In this document: piece after piece, positions 1 through 13,909 of the stretch
How the letters are laid out: every line of letters starts with the position of its first letter
Position numbering within the stretch: the first letter of the stretch is position 1
NCBI GenBank assembly: GCA_964016885.1
Contig: OZ024745.1
Location: 96,782,001 to 96,846,000 of the forward strand
DNA from: Eledone cirrhosa
Lineage: Eukaryota
DNA length: 64,000 nucleotides
Reading direction: 5' to 3'
The notes under the pieces: generated by a model
Told to the model about the DNA's origin: nothing
Seen by the model: the letters and a program-made list of their open reading frames with translations, nothing else
Databases searched by the model: none
Made by a program: the position numbers and the translations under genes

Positions 1-397
1 TTCGTTTTGGCCAGTTTTTAGATTTGCTTAGTGGTGCAGGTGCCTATGGATTAGATCTCTCTTCCTCGCTGATTCCAAGGTGAAACATAGCTTTATTGCC
101 ATTAAGGAATTAAAGTACTGTTTGAATTTTTTGCTAAACTATCTATACTGTTTCATTTTCAGTTGATATGGTCTTACATTTTTTGCAAATTGTCTTCTGT
201 ATTGTTTGATGTATTTCTATATGTCATACTCTCTTGAATGAATATATATATATATACGTTAGAAAGTGGGGTTATTTTATCAAAATGAAAAATAACCGAG
301 GTGTCCTACACGAGTGAAAGTATAAAGAAAAAGAGATGAAATCGAAAATGCAACTGGAGTCTTATTTAAAAAAATATATATATATATTTATTTGGTT

Positions 398-435
398 CCT
401 TTACCGGTTTCGCTGTTCTTCTGCTTTTCAAAAGG
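398..435 (-). ncRNA. Hammerhead ribozyme (inverted copy of 506-543)
   Basis: Reverse complement of 506-543 with one mismatch in stem II. Confidence 0.7.
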
Positions 436-505
436 TGAGTTGATCAAAAGGTGAGTAGATCTGTGGTTTTTCTCACAAAAACCACAGACCCTCCATCTCA
501 ACTCA

Positions 506-543
506 CCTTTTGAAAAGCAGAAGAACTGCGAAACCGGTAAAGG
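506..543 (+). ncRNA. Minimal type I hammerhead ribozyme, U3-A8 core variant
   Basis: cctt-TTGAAAA-gcag aagaa ctgc-GAAA-ccgg-TA-aagg: stem I cctt/aagg, 4-bp stem II, palindromic stem III ACCGGT. Confidence 0.75.
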
Positions 544-612
544 AACCAAATAAATATATATATATTTTTTAAAAATAAGACTCCAGTTGCATTTTCGATT
601 TCATCGCTTTTT

Positions 613-689
<77 letters not shown>

Positions 690-729
690 CAATAACAAAG
701 AACGCCTATAGCATATGCATATCTTTACT

Positions 730-775
730 TGCTAACATTGTTTCATCCGCACTATAAGTGGGACTCATCAGAGCA
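730..775 (-). ncRNA. Type I hammerhead ribozyme at PLE 3' end
   Basis: Reverse complement of 7771-7816. Confidence 0.8.
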
Positions 776-2846
776 TAAAGGTTAATTACATACCACACAA
801 GCAATAACAAATCCAAGACATTGAAGAAATAAAGAATGAAAAATAATAAAAGATAAAAGATATTGAGGAAGTAAAAATAAAAATAAAGATAAAAATAAAA
901 ATAAAAATAAAAATAAAAATAAAAATAAAAATAAAAATAAACATTGAAAAATAAACAATGGAAAATAATTGAAAAATAATTGAAAAATAAGGGGTGCTAT
1001 CAGTCACAGTTGGGCGGGGTGCTATCAACATATAGTTACATACAAGCATACACATGGATAAGAGAACAGACAAGAATAGATAAGATAGATAGGATTAGGT
1101 AAGAGTAGATAAAAAATAGGTGAAAAATAGGTAAAAAATAGACTTATAATATATATAAGAAAATATTTAAAAAAAACATACATATAGAATATAAAATATA
1201 CAGATAATAGTGATACAGGGTAAGGAATGAAATAAAATAGAATAAAATAATATAAAATTAAAATTAAAATTATATAAAATAGAATATAATATAATATAAT
1301 AATAAAATAAGATAAAATAAAATAAAATAAAATAAACTAAAATAAAATAAAATAAACTAAAATAAAATAATATAATATAAGATATAATTAAATAAATAAA
1401 ATTAAATAAATAAAATTAAATAAAATGAAATGAAATGAAATCAAATAAAATAAAATAAAGTAAATTGAGATAAGATATATATTTTTTTAGAATATATTTC
1501 TTGAATATATCAGGGGCCCACGAAGGCACTAAGTGTCACAGTTATCAGTATCACTTGACCATTGCAATGCAATGGAGACGTCCCAGGTTGGGCAGTCTCA
1601 AAAGTTCACTCGAAAGTCACGGGTGTGCATTCACACAGTTGAGCGGTGGGGTAATCACAAACCGGTTCACACCCGGGCAGGAGTCCAATGGTCAACAGAG
1701 GTACATCGAAGGAAGGTAGGAGAATTCACGTGCAGCAGCAAGAGGCAGACAGGTGGGCCGAAAGCAAGCAGGTGCAGGCGGGCTAGCCGAAAGCAAGCAG
1801 ACACAGTTGGGTCAGGCGGGTTAATATGCATACTCAACAGCGCATACAAAAGATATATAAAAAATAGCTTCAAGAGCCAATATCATGAAGTCCCCGCATT
1901 GGGACATCTCAAGATTATACACACCACTATGTTCAGCACGTATATGCACATATACACACCACATGCATATGCAGAGACGGTATACATATATATATATTTT
2001 TATATACAGACATATACAACCACCTACACCCATACACATATAAATGTATACACAGACACACACGCACACACACACAGCGTAGGACACCCGGGTCAAAGCT
2101 GATATTAAACACAGAAATACCACATTAGGCAAGACCCACCACCACGGATAATACATTCAAAATAAATACATACGATGAGATGCAGTAAAATAAATCAAAT
2201 TGAAATCCTACGGAGATAATCATGTCCGCACGTGCCATTGCCCGATTCAAGTGTACACAGACCGTTAGTAACTACGGAGGGCTATCGGGGCCAAAACGTT
2301 ACTTTCGGGATAATAACAACGACCGTCAATATATGGAAGGCCAATCGTGCTAGAAAGACTACAACCCCGGGCAAGAGCTCCCAGAAGTCGGCCTGTAGAT
2401 CTTAAACCACAGAATAGGAGGGCAACACGTACATGTGCCACGTATCTACTGCTTACGGCGAGATGGCACAGGTCCGCCCACAGTTACAGGCTAAATTTCT
2501 ATTTGTGCAGCCTATATCACAGTACACGCTCTACATAGATACATTACATCATAACTCATGCGCACACAGAGGTACAGATCCGCAAGATACACGTCGGGAT
2601 AGACCCACCAATGCACCAATGGTGGGTAGGCGAACGTGGATGGGCTACATCCGCTGTGCCAAACAGGGGTGCTTATTAACATACACACCCACTCACCTGT
2701 ACACCGCAATATCCAGATCAATATTCTCCCGCAGGCATACGTATACACTCACTGACTCATATACATAGAAGACAAACAATAGGAGACAGTTACACACAAT
2801 AAGAGACAGTTACACAAGATAGCCCAACTGGAGAATTAAGGAAGTG

Positions 2847-4919
2847 CTAGCTAATAGGTTTAAAGTAGAAGAAAGAGCTTAATATTCGGTGGGGGCAAGA
2901 GGAAAATATTTCTGACTTTCTGTTTAGTAGAGGGCATTTAGCAAATATAATAGAGTGGGATTCGGCAAGGCATAGGTTACATACTCTATTATGAGGAGTA
3001 TATGGATGGGATTTAGCAACCTGCCGCCAAGTAAGTGTGTAATGTGTTCGTGCATTTTTTAAATTGTGGACGTACGCTGCCAAGGAGGTGGAGTTCCTCA
3101 GTTTATTGTGTCTAAAAGTGCACTGGTGAGAGTTAAACCTGGTCTTAAAGGGGGTGGAGGTTGATCCTATATAGGTTTTAGTGGACGCCGTAGTTACCAC
3201 ATCACACGCGTAAACTATGTTTCTAATAAGGCAGAAACCATTCAGGGGGCAGCCTGAAGCCCTTCTACAGTTACAATTTCTGGTGATGCTATTCTCAGAA
3301 TGATCACCACTTGTGTTCCGGCCCCCTCTGTCCACTACCGTGTTTTCCCCTAGGCTTAGGTTGTCCAGGCCTTCCTTTATTTTCCTATTATTAGTAATGG
3401 CCAGATGAGAGGCCAGATTTTGGGTTGTAGAATACGAAAGTTTAACAACATTCTTATTGAGGATAGAGTGGTACCTATTACCAGGAGGGAAGTTCCTTTC
3501 TAACACAGAGAAGAAGGCCCTAGGAATATTTATAGCCACTTCAGAGTTAAAAGGGGGGTTGAAGTATGTATTCAATCTTCTTCTATTCTTTTTATTCTTT
3601 TTATTTCCATCACTATTATTAGCATTATTATTTCTACGGTTACTATGCTCACCTAGTTTATGCGGGGAGCTGCGAGGCCTACCATTGCTATTACTTAGAC
3701 TAATGGTGCCCTGCTGGTTCATTCCACCGGCATTTAGAACCCTCCCATTCGCGACACCTCTATTACCAATGGACATATTATGTGTTATAACAACACTGGT
3801 AGAGCTACTATTAGGACTATTATTTCCCTGGGTATAATACAATTTGTCCCTAAAGCCGGATCTACCTAAGGCATCATTATAGTAATCAGCCTGCGAGTCA
3901 AACGCCGCTTCACTATGTGAGAGTGAACTTATTCTGTTAGATACGCCCTTCAGTATGCCGCTGATGACCGACCTAGTGTGGTTAGAGTTGGTATTCACGT
4001 AAGTCAGCAATTCATTAGGCTTATGGTACGGTGTGTACGTATGGTTATCCAAGTCCAATGTAACATCCAGGAAGTTCACAGTTCTATCATTTATATCCAT
4101 AGTAATGGATAGGTTAAAGGTTTTAAAAAAGCTATGCAGCTTTTTCCTAATGCGCACTATATTATACTTACTAGTATCTATGGAGAGTAGGGCGTCATCC
4201 CGGTACAACCCGCCCCTAAGGAATGGGAAGTTACTATGCAGTTCATTGAGGAGGTATAGCCCAACTAAGTCGGTGACCTGAGCAGAATCACTCGACCCCA
4301 TAGTAATGTCAAAATTATCAGGTGTGTTTTTTCTCGTCCATAGATTATCCTCAAACATGATAATGGTTTTACGTGCAGCGAGAACAATATCTATCTGTGG
4401 CCTTGTAATTGCCCCCCTCTGCATGGCTAGGATAAGGGCCTTATTGAGGATAATAGGAGATATAGATGTATAATAAGCATCAATATCAAATTGGATGAAT
4501 CTGAGTGAGTCACGACCACAATACGTAGAGAACCACCTAATGACTTCACTAGTGTTACCCCAAAGCTCAAGGAAAGTTTTTTCTCTAACCAGGGGAATAA
4601 CGCTATCCAAGATTCCCTTACTAATAATCCCCAGGTCAGACCTGGAGGGGCAGATAAGCCTAACTGAGGGTCTGCTAATAAAATTTTCCTTGTGGTCCTT
4701 GAGGGTGAATCTAGGCTGCTTGGGGTAATAAGGCTGAGTGTGTTTATCCAGACCTAATTTTACCACTATGTTATACCCCTCCAGATTAATATGGTACGGT
4801 GTGTACGTATGGTTATCCAAGTCCAATGTAACATCCAGGAAGTTCACAGTTCTATCATTTATATCCATAGTAATGGATAGGTTAAAGGTTTTAAAAAAGC
4901 TATGCAGCTTTAACCGCAT
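2847..4919 (-). CDS. 5'-truncated Penelope-like element (Naiad-like) RT + GIY-YIG ORF
   Basis: 690-aa open frame with LKDHK, FIQFDIDAYYTSI, MGSSDSAQVTDLVG, GLYRDDAL, CNCR..CPLNGFC linker, IVY..YIGST, CNLCLAE and LNRKSEIFSSCPH. The first ~43 aa are a duplicated internal piece, so the true N-terminus is missing. Confidence 0.92.
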   Translation of the reverse strand: MRLKLHSFFKTFNLSITMDINDRTVNFLDVTLDLDNHTYTPYHINLEGYNIVVKLGLDKHTQPYYPKQPRFTLKDHKENFISRPSVRLICPSRSDLGIISKGILDSVIPLVREKTFLELWGNTSEVIRWFSTYCGRDSLRFIQFDIDAYYTSISPIILNKALILAMQRGAITRPQIDIVLAARKTIIMFEDNLWTRKNTPDNFDITMGSSDSAQVTDLVGLYLLNELHSNFPFLRGGLYRDDALLSIDTSKYNIVRIRKKLHSFFKTFNLSITMDINDRTVNFLDVTLDLDNHTYTPYHKPNELLTYVNTNSNHTRSVISGILKGVSNRISSLSHSEAAFDSQADYYNDALGRSGFRDKLYYTQGNNSPNSSSTSVVITHNMSIGNRGVANGRVLNAGGMNQQGTISLSNSNGRPRSSPHKLGEHSNRRNNNANNSDGNKKNKKNRRRLNTYFNPPFNSEVAINIPRAFFSVLERNFPPGNRYHSILNKNVVKLSYSTTQNLASHLAITNNRKIKEGLDNLSLGENTVVDRGGRNTSGDHSENSITRNCNCRRASGCPLNGFCLIRNIVYACDVVTTASTKTYIGSTSTPFKTRFNSHQCTFRHNKLRNSTSLAAYVHNLKNARTHYTLTWRQVAKSHPYTPHNRVCNLCLAESHSIIFAKCPLLNRKSEIFSSCPHRILSSFFYFKPIS

Positions 4920-5717
4920 AGTAACCGTAGAAATAATAATGCTAATAATAGTGATGGAAATAAAAAGAATAAAAAGAATAGAAGAAGATTGAATACATAC
5001 TTCAACCCCCCTTTTAACTCTGAAGTGGCTATAAATATTCCTAGGGCCTTCTTCTCTGTGTTAGAAAGGAACTTCCCTCCTGGTAATAGGTACCACTCTA
5101 TCCTCAATAAGAATGTTGTTAAACTTTCGTATTCTACAACCCAAAATCTGGCCTCTCATCTGGCCATTACTAATAATAGGAAAATAAAGGAAGGCCTGGA
5201 CAACCTAAGCCTAGGGGAAAACACGGTAGTGGACAGAGGGGGCCGGAACACAAGTGGTGATCATTCTGAGAATAGCATCACCAGAAATTGTAACTGTAGA
5301 AGGGCTTCAGGCTGCCCCCTGAATGGTTTCTGCCTTATTAGAAACATAGTTTACGCGTGTGATGTGGTAACTACGGCGTCCACTAAAACCTATATAGGAT
5401 CAACCTCCACCCCCTTTAAGACCAGGTTTAACTCTCACCAGTGCACTTTTAGACACAATAAACTGAGGAACTCCACCTCCTTGGCAGCGTACGTCCACAA
5501 TTTAAAAAATGCACGAACACATTACACACTTACTTGGCGGCAGGTTGCTAAATCCCATCCATATACTCCTCATAATAGAGTATGTAACCTATGCCTTGCC
5601 GAATCCCACTCTATTATATTTGCTAAATGCCCTCTACTAAACAGAAAGTCAGAAATATTTTCCTCTTGCCCCCACCGAATATTAAGCTCTTTCTTCTACT
5701 TTAAACCTATTAGCTAG
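4916..5717 (+). pseudogene. Inverted duplicate of the PLE linker + GIY-YIG region
   Basis: Translation identical to the C-terminal part of the 2847-4919 ORF. Confidence 0.9.
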
Positions 5718-7770
5718 CACTTCCTTAATTCTCCAGTTGGGCTATCTTGTGTAACTGTCTCTTATTGTGTGTAACTGTCTCCTATTGTTTGTCTTCTATG
5801 TATATGAGTCAGTGAGTGTATACGTATGCCTGCGGGAGAATATTGATCTGGATATTGCGGTGTACAGGTGAGTGGGTGTGTATGTTAATAAGCACCCCTG
5901 TTTGGCACAGCGGATGTAGCCCATCCACGTTCGCCTACCCACCATTGGTGCATTGGTGGGTCTATCCCGACGTGTATCTTGCGGATCTGTACCTCTGTGT
6001 GCGCATGAGTTATGATGTAATGTATCTATGTAGAGCGTGTACTGTGATATAGGCTGCACAAATAGAAATTTAGCCTGTAACTGTGGGCGGACCTGTGCCA
6101 TCTCGCCGTAAGCAGTAGATACGTGGCACATGTACGTGTTGCCCTCCTATTCTGTGGTTTAAGATCTACAGGCCGACTTCTGGGAGCTCTTGCCCGGGGT
6201 TGTAGTCTTTCTAGCACGATTGGCCTTCCATATATTGACGGTCGTTGTTATTATCCCGAAAGTAACGTTTTGGCCCCGATAGCCCTCCGTAGTTACTAAC
6301 GGTCTGTGTACACTTGAATCGGGCAATGGCACGTGCGGACATGATTATCTCCGTAGGATTTCAATTTGATTTATTTTACTGCATCTCATCGTATGTATTT
6401 ATTTTGAATGTATTATCCGTGGTGGTGGGTCTTGCCTAATGTGGTATTTCTGTGTTTAATATCAGCTTTGACCCGGGTGTCCTACGCTGTGTGTGTGTGC
6501 GTGTGTGTCTGTGTATACATTTATATGTGTATGGGTGTAGGTGGTTGTATATGTCTGTATATAAAAATATATATATATGTATACCGTCTCTGCATATGCA
6601 TGTGGTGTGTATATGTGCATATACGTGCTGAACATAGTGGTGTGTATAATCTTGAGATGTCCCAATGCGGGGACTTCATGATATTGGCTCTTGAAGCTAT
6701 TTTTTATATATCTTTTGTATGCGCTGTTGAGTATGCATATTAACCCGCCTGACCCAACTGTGTCTGCTTGCTTTCGGCTAGCCCGCCTGCACCTGCTTGC
6801 TTTCGGCCCACCTGTCTGCCTCTTGCTGCTGCACGTGAATTCTCCAACCTTCCTTCGATGTACCTCTGTTGACCATTGGACTCCTGCCCGGGTGTGAACC
6901 GGTTTGTGATTACCCCACCGCTCAACTGTGTGAATGCACACCCGTGACTTTCGAGTGAACTTTTGAGACTGCCCAACCTGGGACGTCTCCATTGCATTGC
7001 AATGGTCAAGTGATACTGATAACTGTGACACTTAGTGCCTTCGTGGGCCCCTGATATATTCAAGAAATATATTCTAAAAAAATATATATCTTATCTCAAT
7101 TTACTTTATTTTATTTTATTTGATTTCATTTCATTTCATTTTATTTAATTTTATTTATTTAATTTTATTTATTTAATTATATCTTATATTATATTATTTT
7201 ATTTTAGTTTATTTTATTTTATTTTAGTTTATTTTATTTTATTTTATTTTATCTTATTTTATTATTATATTATATTATATTCTATTTTATATAATTTTAA
7301 TTTTAATTTTATATTATTTTATTCTATTTTATTTCATTCCTTACCCTGTATCACTATTATCTGTATATTTTATATTCTATATGTATGTTTTTTTTAAATA
7401 TTTTCTTATATATATTATAAGTCTATTTTTTACCTATTTTTCACCTATTTTTTATCTACTCTTACCTAATCCTATCTATCTTATCTATTCTTGTCTGTTC
7501 TCTTATCCATGTGTATGCTTGTATGTAACTATATGTTGATAGCACCCCGCCCAACTGTGACTGATAGCACCCCTTATTTTTCAATTATTTTTCAATTATT
7601 TTCCATTGTTTATTTTTCAATGTTTATTTTTATTTTTATTTTTATTTTTATTTTTATTTTTATTTTTATTTTTACTTCCTCAATATCTTTTATCTTTTAT
7701 TATTTTTCATTCTTTATTTCTTCAATGTCTTGGATTTGTTATTGCTTGTGTGGTATGTAATTAACCTTTA

Positions 7771-7816
7771 TGCTCTGATGAGTCCCACTTATAGTGCGGA
7801 TGAAACAATGTTAGCA
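7771..7816 (+). ncRNA. Type I hammerhead ribozyme at PLE 3' end
   Basis: tgct-CTGATGA-gtcccac ttata gtgcggat-GAAA-c aat g-TT-agca. Confidence 0.8.
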
Positions 7817-7948
7817 AGTAAAGATATGCATATGCTATAGGCGTTCTTTGTTATTGATTATATCACGGCTCTGTCCTCAGACATCGAGCTAACCTTATAC
7901 TGCCTGTTGGATAAGTGGAGTATTATACACCCCTGATCCTCTCCCTAG

Positions 7949-8031
<83 letters not shown>

Positions 8032-8230
8032 TATGTATACGTACATACATATATGTGTACAGACGTACAGTAGTATGTCCTTATATACATACATGCACAT
8101 ATATATATGTACATATGGGTTTACTGAACATTTATTATAATGTTCGTTTTGTTTGTAAACAAACAGCCCGAATTACGCCGTACAGTGTTCGGCAATCATC
8201 GTCGCCCTTTTGTTCAACACTGACACAGGA

Positions 8231-8270
8231 ACGATGTACTAGTTTCAAGCTTATTAGTCATCGTCAGCAT
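8231..8270 (-). ncRNA. Hammerhead ribozyme (inverted arm, stem I shortened)
   Basis: atg-CTGACGA-tgactaataagctt-GAAA-ctag-TA-catcgt on the minus strand. Confidence 0.72.
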
Positions 8271-8356
8271 GGATATGCAAATTAGTCTGCTCAGGCGTTA
8301 ATATGCACAAGGAAAGTATATACTTTGAAACCTTCAATCATCTGACAGGAAGGTAT

Positions 8357-8399
8357 ACGATGCTGACGATAGCTAATAAGCTTGAAACTAGTACATCGT
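8357..8399 (+). ncRNA. Type I hammerhead ribozyme
   Basis: acgatg-CTGACGA-t agct aata agct t-GAAA-ctag-TA-catcgt: perfect 6-bp stem I, palindromic stem III ACTAGT. Confidence 0.88.
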
Positions 8400-8799
8400 T
8401 CCTGTGTCAGTGTTGAACAAAAGGGCGACGATGGTTGCCGAACAGTGTACGGCGCAACTCGGGCTGTTTGTTTACAAACAAACCGAACATTATAATAAAT
8501 GTTCGGTAAACCCAAACGTACATATATATATGTGTGCATATATATATATATATACATACTACTGTACGTCTGTATACATATATGTATGTACGTATACATA
8601 CTTATATTTAGGTATCAGCCGTACTAAGAGTGAGAAATGAAATTTTGTTTCCTTCTTTTCCATTTATATATATATATAACAAATAAAGAGTGGTAAGGAA
8701 GCAGGTTAACCATAGAGTACTCGATATTTAGGGTAGTAAAGTGGGTAATAGGAAAAGAGTTAGAACTCCGACGGCTGAATTCCGGCCGTTTCGACAGCT

Positions 8800-8971
<172 letters not shown>

Positions 8972-9564
8972 ATTTCTATATTATATATATATATATAAAG
9001 TTACTCTGTGAATGTATCCAGGAACGTAATGTATGTATGTATGGTTGAAAGGATTCTTAACTGAATGGCTGGATGTCAAAAAGTTGAGCTTTGTACGTGG
9101 TATTCATAATGGAAATAACTACTACCAGTTAGAGAGGGCGGCGAACACCTCCTCATGAACTTTTAACCTTGTTTTTAAAGACGTTGCTCTGGCTTTTCCT
9201 TGACTTCTATTCTCTCCCAACCCCACCTGTGTTCTCTTTTTTCATAAAATCTTTTTGTTATCATTTCCTCTTGTTTGATATTTGTCGTACTAAATCATCA
9301 TGGCTATAGCTCTCTGTTAAGGATGATCGTCTGCCTGTGTACTGTGCTATATATAGACTGACCGAAATAGTGAGAGGAACTCTAAAAATAAAACAAGAAT
9401 AATATAATAAATACAATAAATGAATAAATACCAAGAAGACCGCAATATATAACACTTAGCCTTAATAAAAGATGCTGATGATGATATATATATATATATA
9501 TATGTATAAGATGGTGATGGTGATGATGATATTCATGATATGTATATATATACATATATATACA

Positions 9565-10260
<696 letters not shown>

Positions 10261-10455
10261 TAACAAAGAGGGTGTGGTAAGATACCAGGTGGACCAGAAC
10301 GCACCAGAGTACTCAATATTTAGGGTAGTAGAGGGTAATAGGAAAAGAGTCAGGACCCCGACGGCTGAGCTCTGGCCCTTTCGACAGCTCAATCCGACCA
10401 GTTCAGATATGTTGAAACGGTCAGAGCCCACCCGTTGGGGCCCCGAATCCTTTAT
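10261..10455. repeat. Short dispersed (TA)n-embedded repeat family (also ~8677-8800, 34686-34790, 47243-47382, 47893-48037)
   Basis: Shared core tattgagtactctggtgcgtt..ggtccacctggttccttacca. Some copies carry an HHR 3' half (gtcGAAAcgg..), and this copy has a small inner fold-back. Confidence 0.75.
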
Positions 10456-10685
10456 ATATCTATATCTATATAGAAATGTAAGGGAAACACAAACATAAGA
10501 CAATTCCTCTTTTCAGTTGTCTGCTGTGGGTCTCATTTGTTCGACGCATTAAAGACAATACATCTATCCATAGTATATATATTATAATTAAAAGGATGAG
10601 ATGGTAGGTCTTCATTACATTTATTGAGGTAAGCAATCTCTGGTTCTACTCTAAAGCGGGATCATCTGAAACTGAGAAATATCAC

Positions 10686-10740
<55 letters not shown>

Positions 10741-10741
<1 letters not shown>

Positions 10742-11580
10742 CAAGCGCTACTAGTAGCAGACGACGAAATAGAAATAGATCTAGAAACGTAACATGGTTT
10801 AATGCACCATACTCGAAGCATGTACGCACTAACATGGCAGACTACATGGCCAGAGCCAACGCGTTGAAATTGAGGACAGCCCAACTGCGCAACGATCAGG
10901 CACCAGACTCGCCGGGGTGGGGTGGGTGGGCTGCGGGGAGAGCACGCGGTAGTGGCTGATGATTCTGTGGATGTGCCTGGGGGAAGAGCCGCGGGTGCGG
11001 AGGGTCCCATACCTGCCAGCAGAGACCAGCTGGTTGTGAACATTGAGTCCACCACTCGAGGAGCACCCCTCGAGGACCGGTGAGTACACAAATAAGACGT
11101 CAGGACCACGTAACGGGTTGCAAAAATCATGCACGGACATGTAACTGCCGTGTCCGTGAGGAGTGCCCCCTGCAGCGAATGTGCCTGACTAAGGGCGTTG
11201 TATACAGATGTGTGGTTACCACGCACAACGATAGGCACACATACATCGGAACTACATCCACGACTTTTAAGACGAGGATATACAACCACAAGAGCTCGTT
11301 CAAGGACAGGAACAAGAGACACTCCACCAGATTGGCGGACTTAGTATAGAGATTCAAAGACAGTGGCATAGAATATGACCTCAGCTGGAGTATTGTACAG
11401 CATGCGAATGAGTAATCGGCCGGAGACAGGAAGTGCAAGTTATGCCTCTCCGAGGCTATGGAGATAGTCAAACTTAAGGGCGACGCAGTCAACCTCAAGT
11501 CTGAAATAATCATGGCATGCTGACACCAACATAAATGCACACTCTCCGCCCTAGTGATACCGGATGGATCTACATAGCGC
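10741..11580 (+). pseudogene. Decayed Naiad-like PLE GIY-YIG fragment (3' UTR probably extends to ~13060)
   Basis: CNCRVREECPLQRMC, VVY..YIGTTSTTFKTR, CKLCLSE, NLKSEI; three in-frame stops. Confidence 0.85.
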
Positions 11581-13541
11581 ACCACCGGCACCGCAACACC
11601 AGGTGGAGCGCATGCAGCGAACCACCATAGAACACTGTATAACTATGAATGCATGACAGCACAAGCTGATAGCAATGACAGATCCAACGTTGCCTACCTC
11701 GTAGAACACCTTTATAGCACCACCACACCAATTTGCGGACGCCGACTCATTACACGTAGGATTGGGTCTACAAACATATGTGTGGATTTTAAATTTTCAA
11801 ATTTCTAAATTTTAAAACTTTTAAATTTTTAAATTGTTGATTTCCGATATTCGATTCGTGGTGTTTAATTCGCTACTTGGATGATGGACATGAAGCTGGT
11901 CTTAAGGTTAATGTCACAGTTAATTGTAATGTCGATGTTAATCTTAATTTTAATTTTAATTTCAAGTTTTAATTTTGTCGTTCCATGCCGCTGATATGCA
12001 CACGCACACAACGCATGCCGCTGGCACGTTACAATCATACATACACTCCACGTGCATTCCATATATATTTATATAACTTTATATTCCATATACACATCAA
12101 ACACATGCACACCTCATATATACTTTTATGAAATGGATGTTACACATAACCTTGTGCACGCACGCACGGCCCACATCTATCCACAAGGAACGAGACCTGC
12201 ATCATGCGCAGGCTCCCACCCAGTGCCTTAGACCGCCAGCCCCCATGTATATCATATAAACATTTGCACCACAGCCCCAACTATTGTATACAACTTTACG
12301 CACACCTCGATAATGCCCGGTCCCCCTCTGCATCCTTGTTATGTATGTATTCTCTTTTTCCAACATTTTATTTTATTATTGTATATTATTTCATTATTTT
12401 ATGTTAGTACGTAAAGGTTTTTTTTTATATATGTGCCCCCACGCTATATGCGATTAGTGCAGGGATATTGTACTGCCGTAACATTTAGGCATATTGTGCA
12501 GGCACCTTCGGATTCACACCGCCACGTGATCGGGTTGGGTCAAGGCCTCAAATGCGTTGTCTCATACAATACTGTGTGCACCATCTGCGCAGCGGTGCGT
12601 GGGAAGACGGATGATGGTGTACTCATCAAGTATATGCCTCCGCTGTGGGAGCACGCGGGTGCATGTATGTATGTGTGTCCACACAGACATCCATGAGCAC
12701 GGGTGTGCGTATGCCTGGGTCGATGTATTTGTCTGAGCGTGTCTGCGTGGGGGTACGGATGAATTTCCATGGATTTTTCTTTTCTCATCTGTCTATATAT
12801 GTGCGGCGTCTTGGCTATGCGCGCTCCCCTGAGTCCAGTGTGTGAGTGTAGAATTGGGTGTATTTGTTGAAAACTCCTTTGATATATCCCTTCTGTTTGA
12901 AAGGCTGTTGAAAGCTTTCTTTTAAAAACGTTCTTAATACAGGTTTTTCCTTTTTCTTATTCTTTTTGAAATATGTATGGTGGAGGGTATTCTAAGGCTG
13001 TGTCCTACAAATGTTATGCTAAATATCCCTATGATTTGTTTGTTTTTTTAAATTCCCGCAAAACATTATTTATAATGACTGCCGCATACAGCATAATTGC
13101 GGGTGTGTACCTGACCGATGTTGACTAAAGCACCTAGGGGCAATGAAGACGTCGAAGTGATGCCAGCCGTTCAAGATTACAGCCCCTCTCAAACCATAGT
13201 AGTAATTCTGATACATGAAGAAATTTTGATTGACAGGTGGAGAACGAGAAGAATCAAGAAGTGGGCAACGATGAGTGGCTAGAAATACCGGTGACGTGTG
13301 CAATTCTTGACCACTCATGGAATGACAACAACAGGATCTAAATCAACAAACGAAGAAATTCGATGTTAAAGGACAATAGGTAAATCTGCTTCGTAGAGTC
13401 GAGACATATCCGAGGACCGCGCGATTTCAGAGTCAGGTTTGATTACCATATCGATCGTGCCTCGAGCTGGTCGCCCGAGAAACAATTGCAATACGTTCAA
13501 TAAATTCCTTTCGTCGCAACACTGATTCTCTTTTTTCTGTG

Positions 13542-13606
<65 letters not shown>

Positions 13607-13724
13607 TGTGTGTGTGTGTGTGTGTTTATGACACACGCTAGGTTCTGATGCCATGTGCGTTATTTTATATTCGCATACTATTCAGTCTTCTGAGATACTT
13701 AGAAGTCAAGGGATTACTAATTTT

Positions 13725-13801
13725 ACACCCACTGACGAGCAAAGAATTGGTAATTTCCTTCGATAAAAATTGCGAAACAGCCACCAAATCTGTCTGGATG
13801 T
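13725..13801 (+). ncRNA. Type I hammerhead ribozyme
   Basis: acaccca-CTGACGA-gcaa...ttgc-GAAA-cag ccaccaaat ctg-TC-tggatgt; GUC cleavage triplet. Confidence 0.8.
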
Positions 13802-13909
13802 TCAGGCAGTTGCCATATATAGGTTTGTTTTTCTTTTCCTTGAGTTATTACTTTAAATTGAGTCTGGCAAACCATATTGTTATAGTGTGTATGATTGTGT
13901 AAAGAAGAT

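Larger units (their letters stand above)
257..619. mobile_element. Short fold-back HHR element (arms 321-443 / 498-619, tail 257-320)
   Basis: ~120-bp near-perfect inverted arms, each carrying a hammerhead; (TA)n on both sides. Confidence 0.8.
683..7950. mobile_element. PLE insertion with ~2.95-kb head-to-head inverted arms (683-3648 / 4916-7863) and an ~87-bp one-sided tail
   Basis: Mirror-image ORFs (coordinates sum to 8564 over most of the arms). The arms differ by one visible SNP (~1718) and 18 bp of AAAAAT repeat. (TA)n on both flanks. Confidence 0.92.
8025..8665. mobile_element. Fold-back copy of the ~434-nt HHR non-coding family (arms ~8025-8270 / 8360-8606, tail to ~8665)
   Basis: Inverted arms; same sequence family as the tandem at 33836-34624. 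Confidence 0.82.

Noticed and set aside
1501-2768. Short ORFs duplicated at 5796-7063
   Set aside because: They lie in the PLE 3' UTR and recur only because of the inverted repeat; no protein motifs.
11518-11526. In-frame TGA in a Naiad-like element, considered as selenocysteine (reported for some Naiads)
   Set aside because: It follows the Cys of a C-x-H motif rather than replacing it (likely CGA->TGA decay), and the fragment also has TAG and TAA stops.
13070-13530. Possible solo LTR
   Set aside because: It has AATAAA but no clear TG..CA termini, target-site duplication or second copy in the window.
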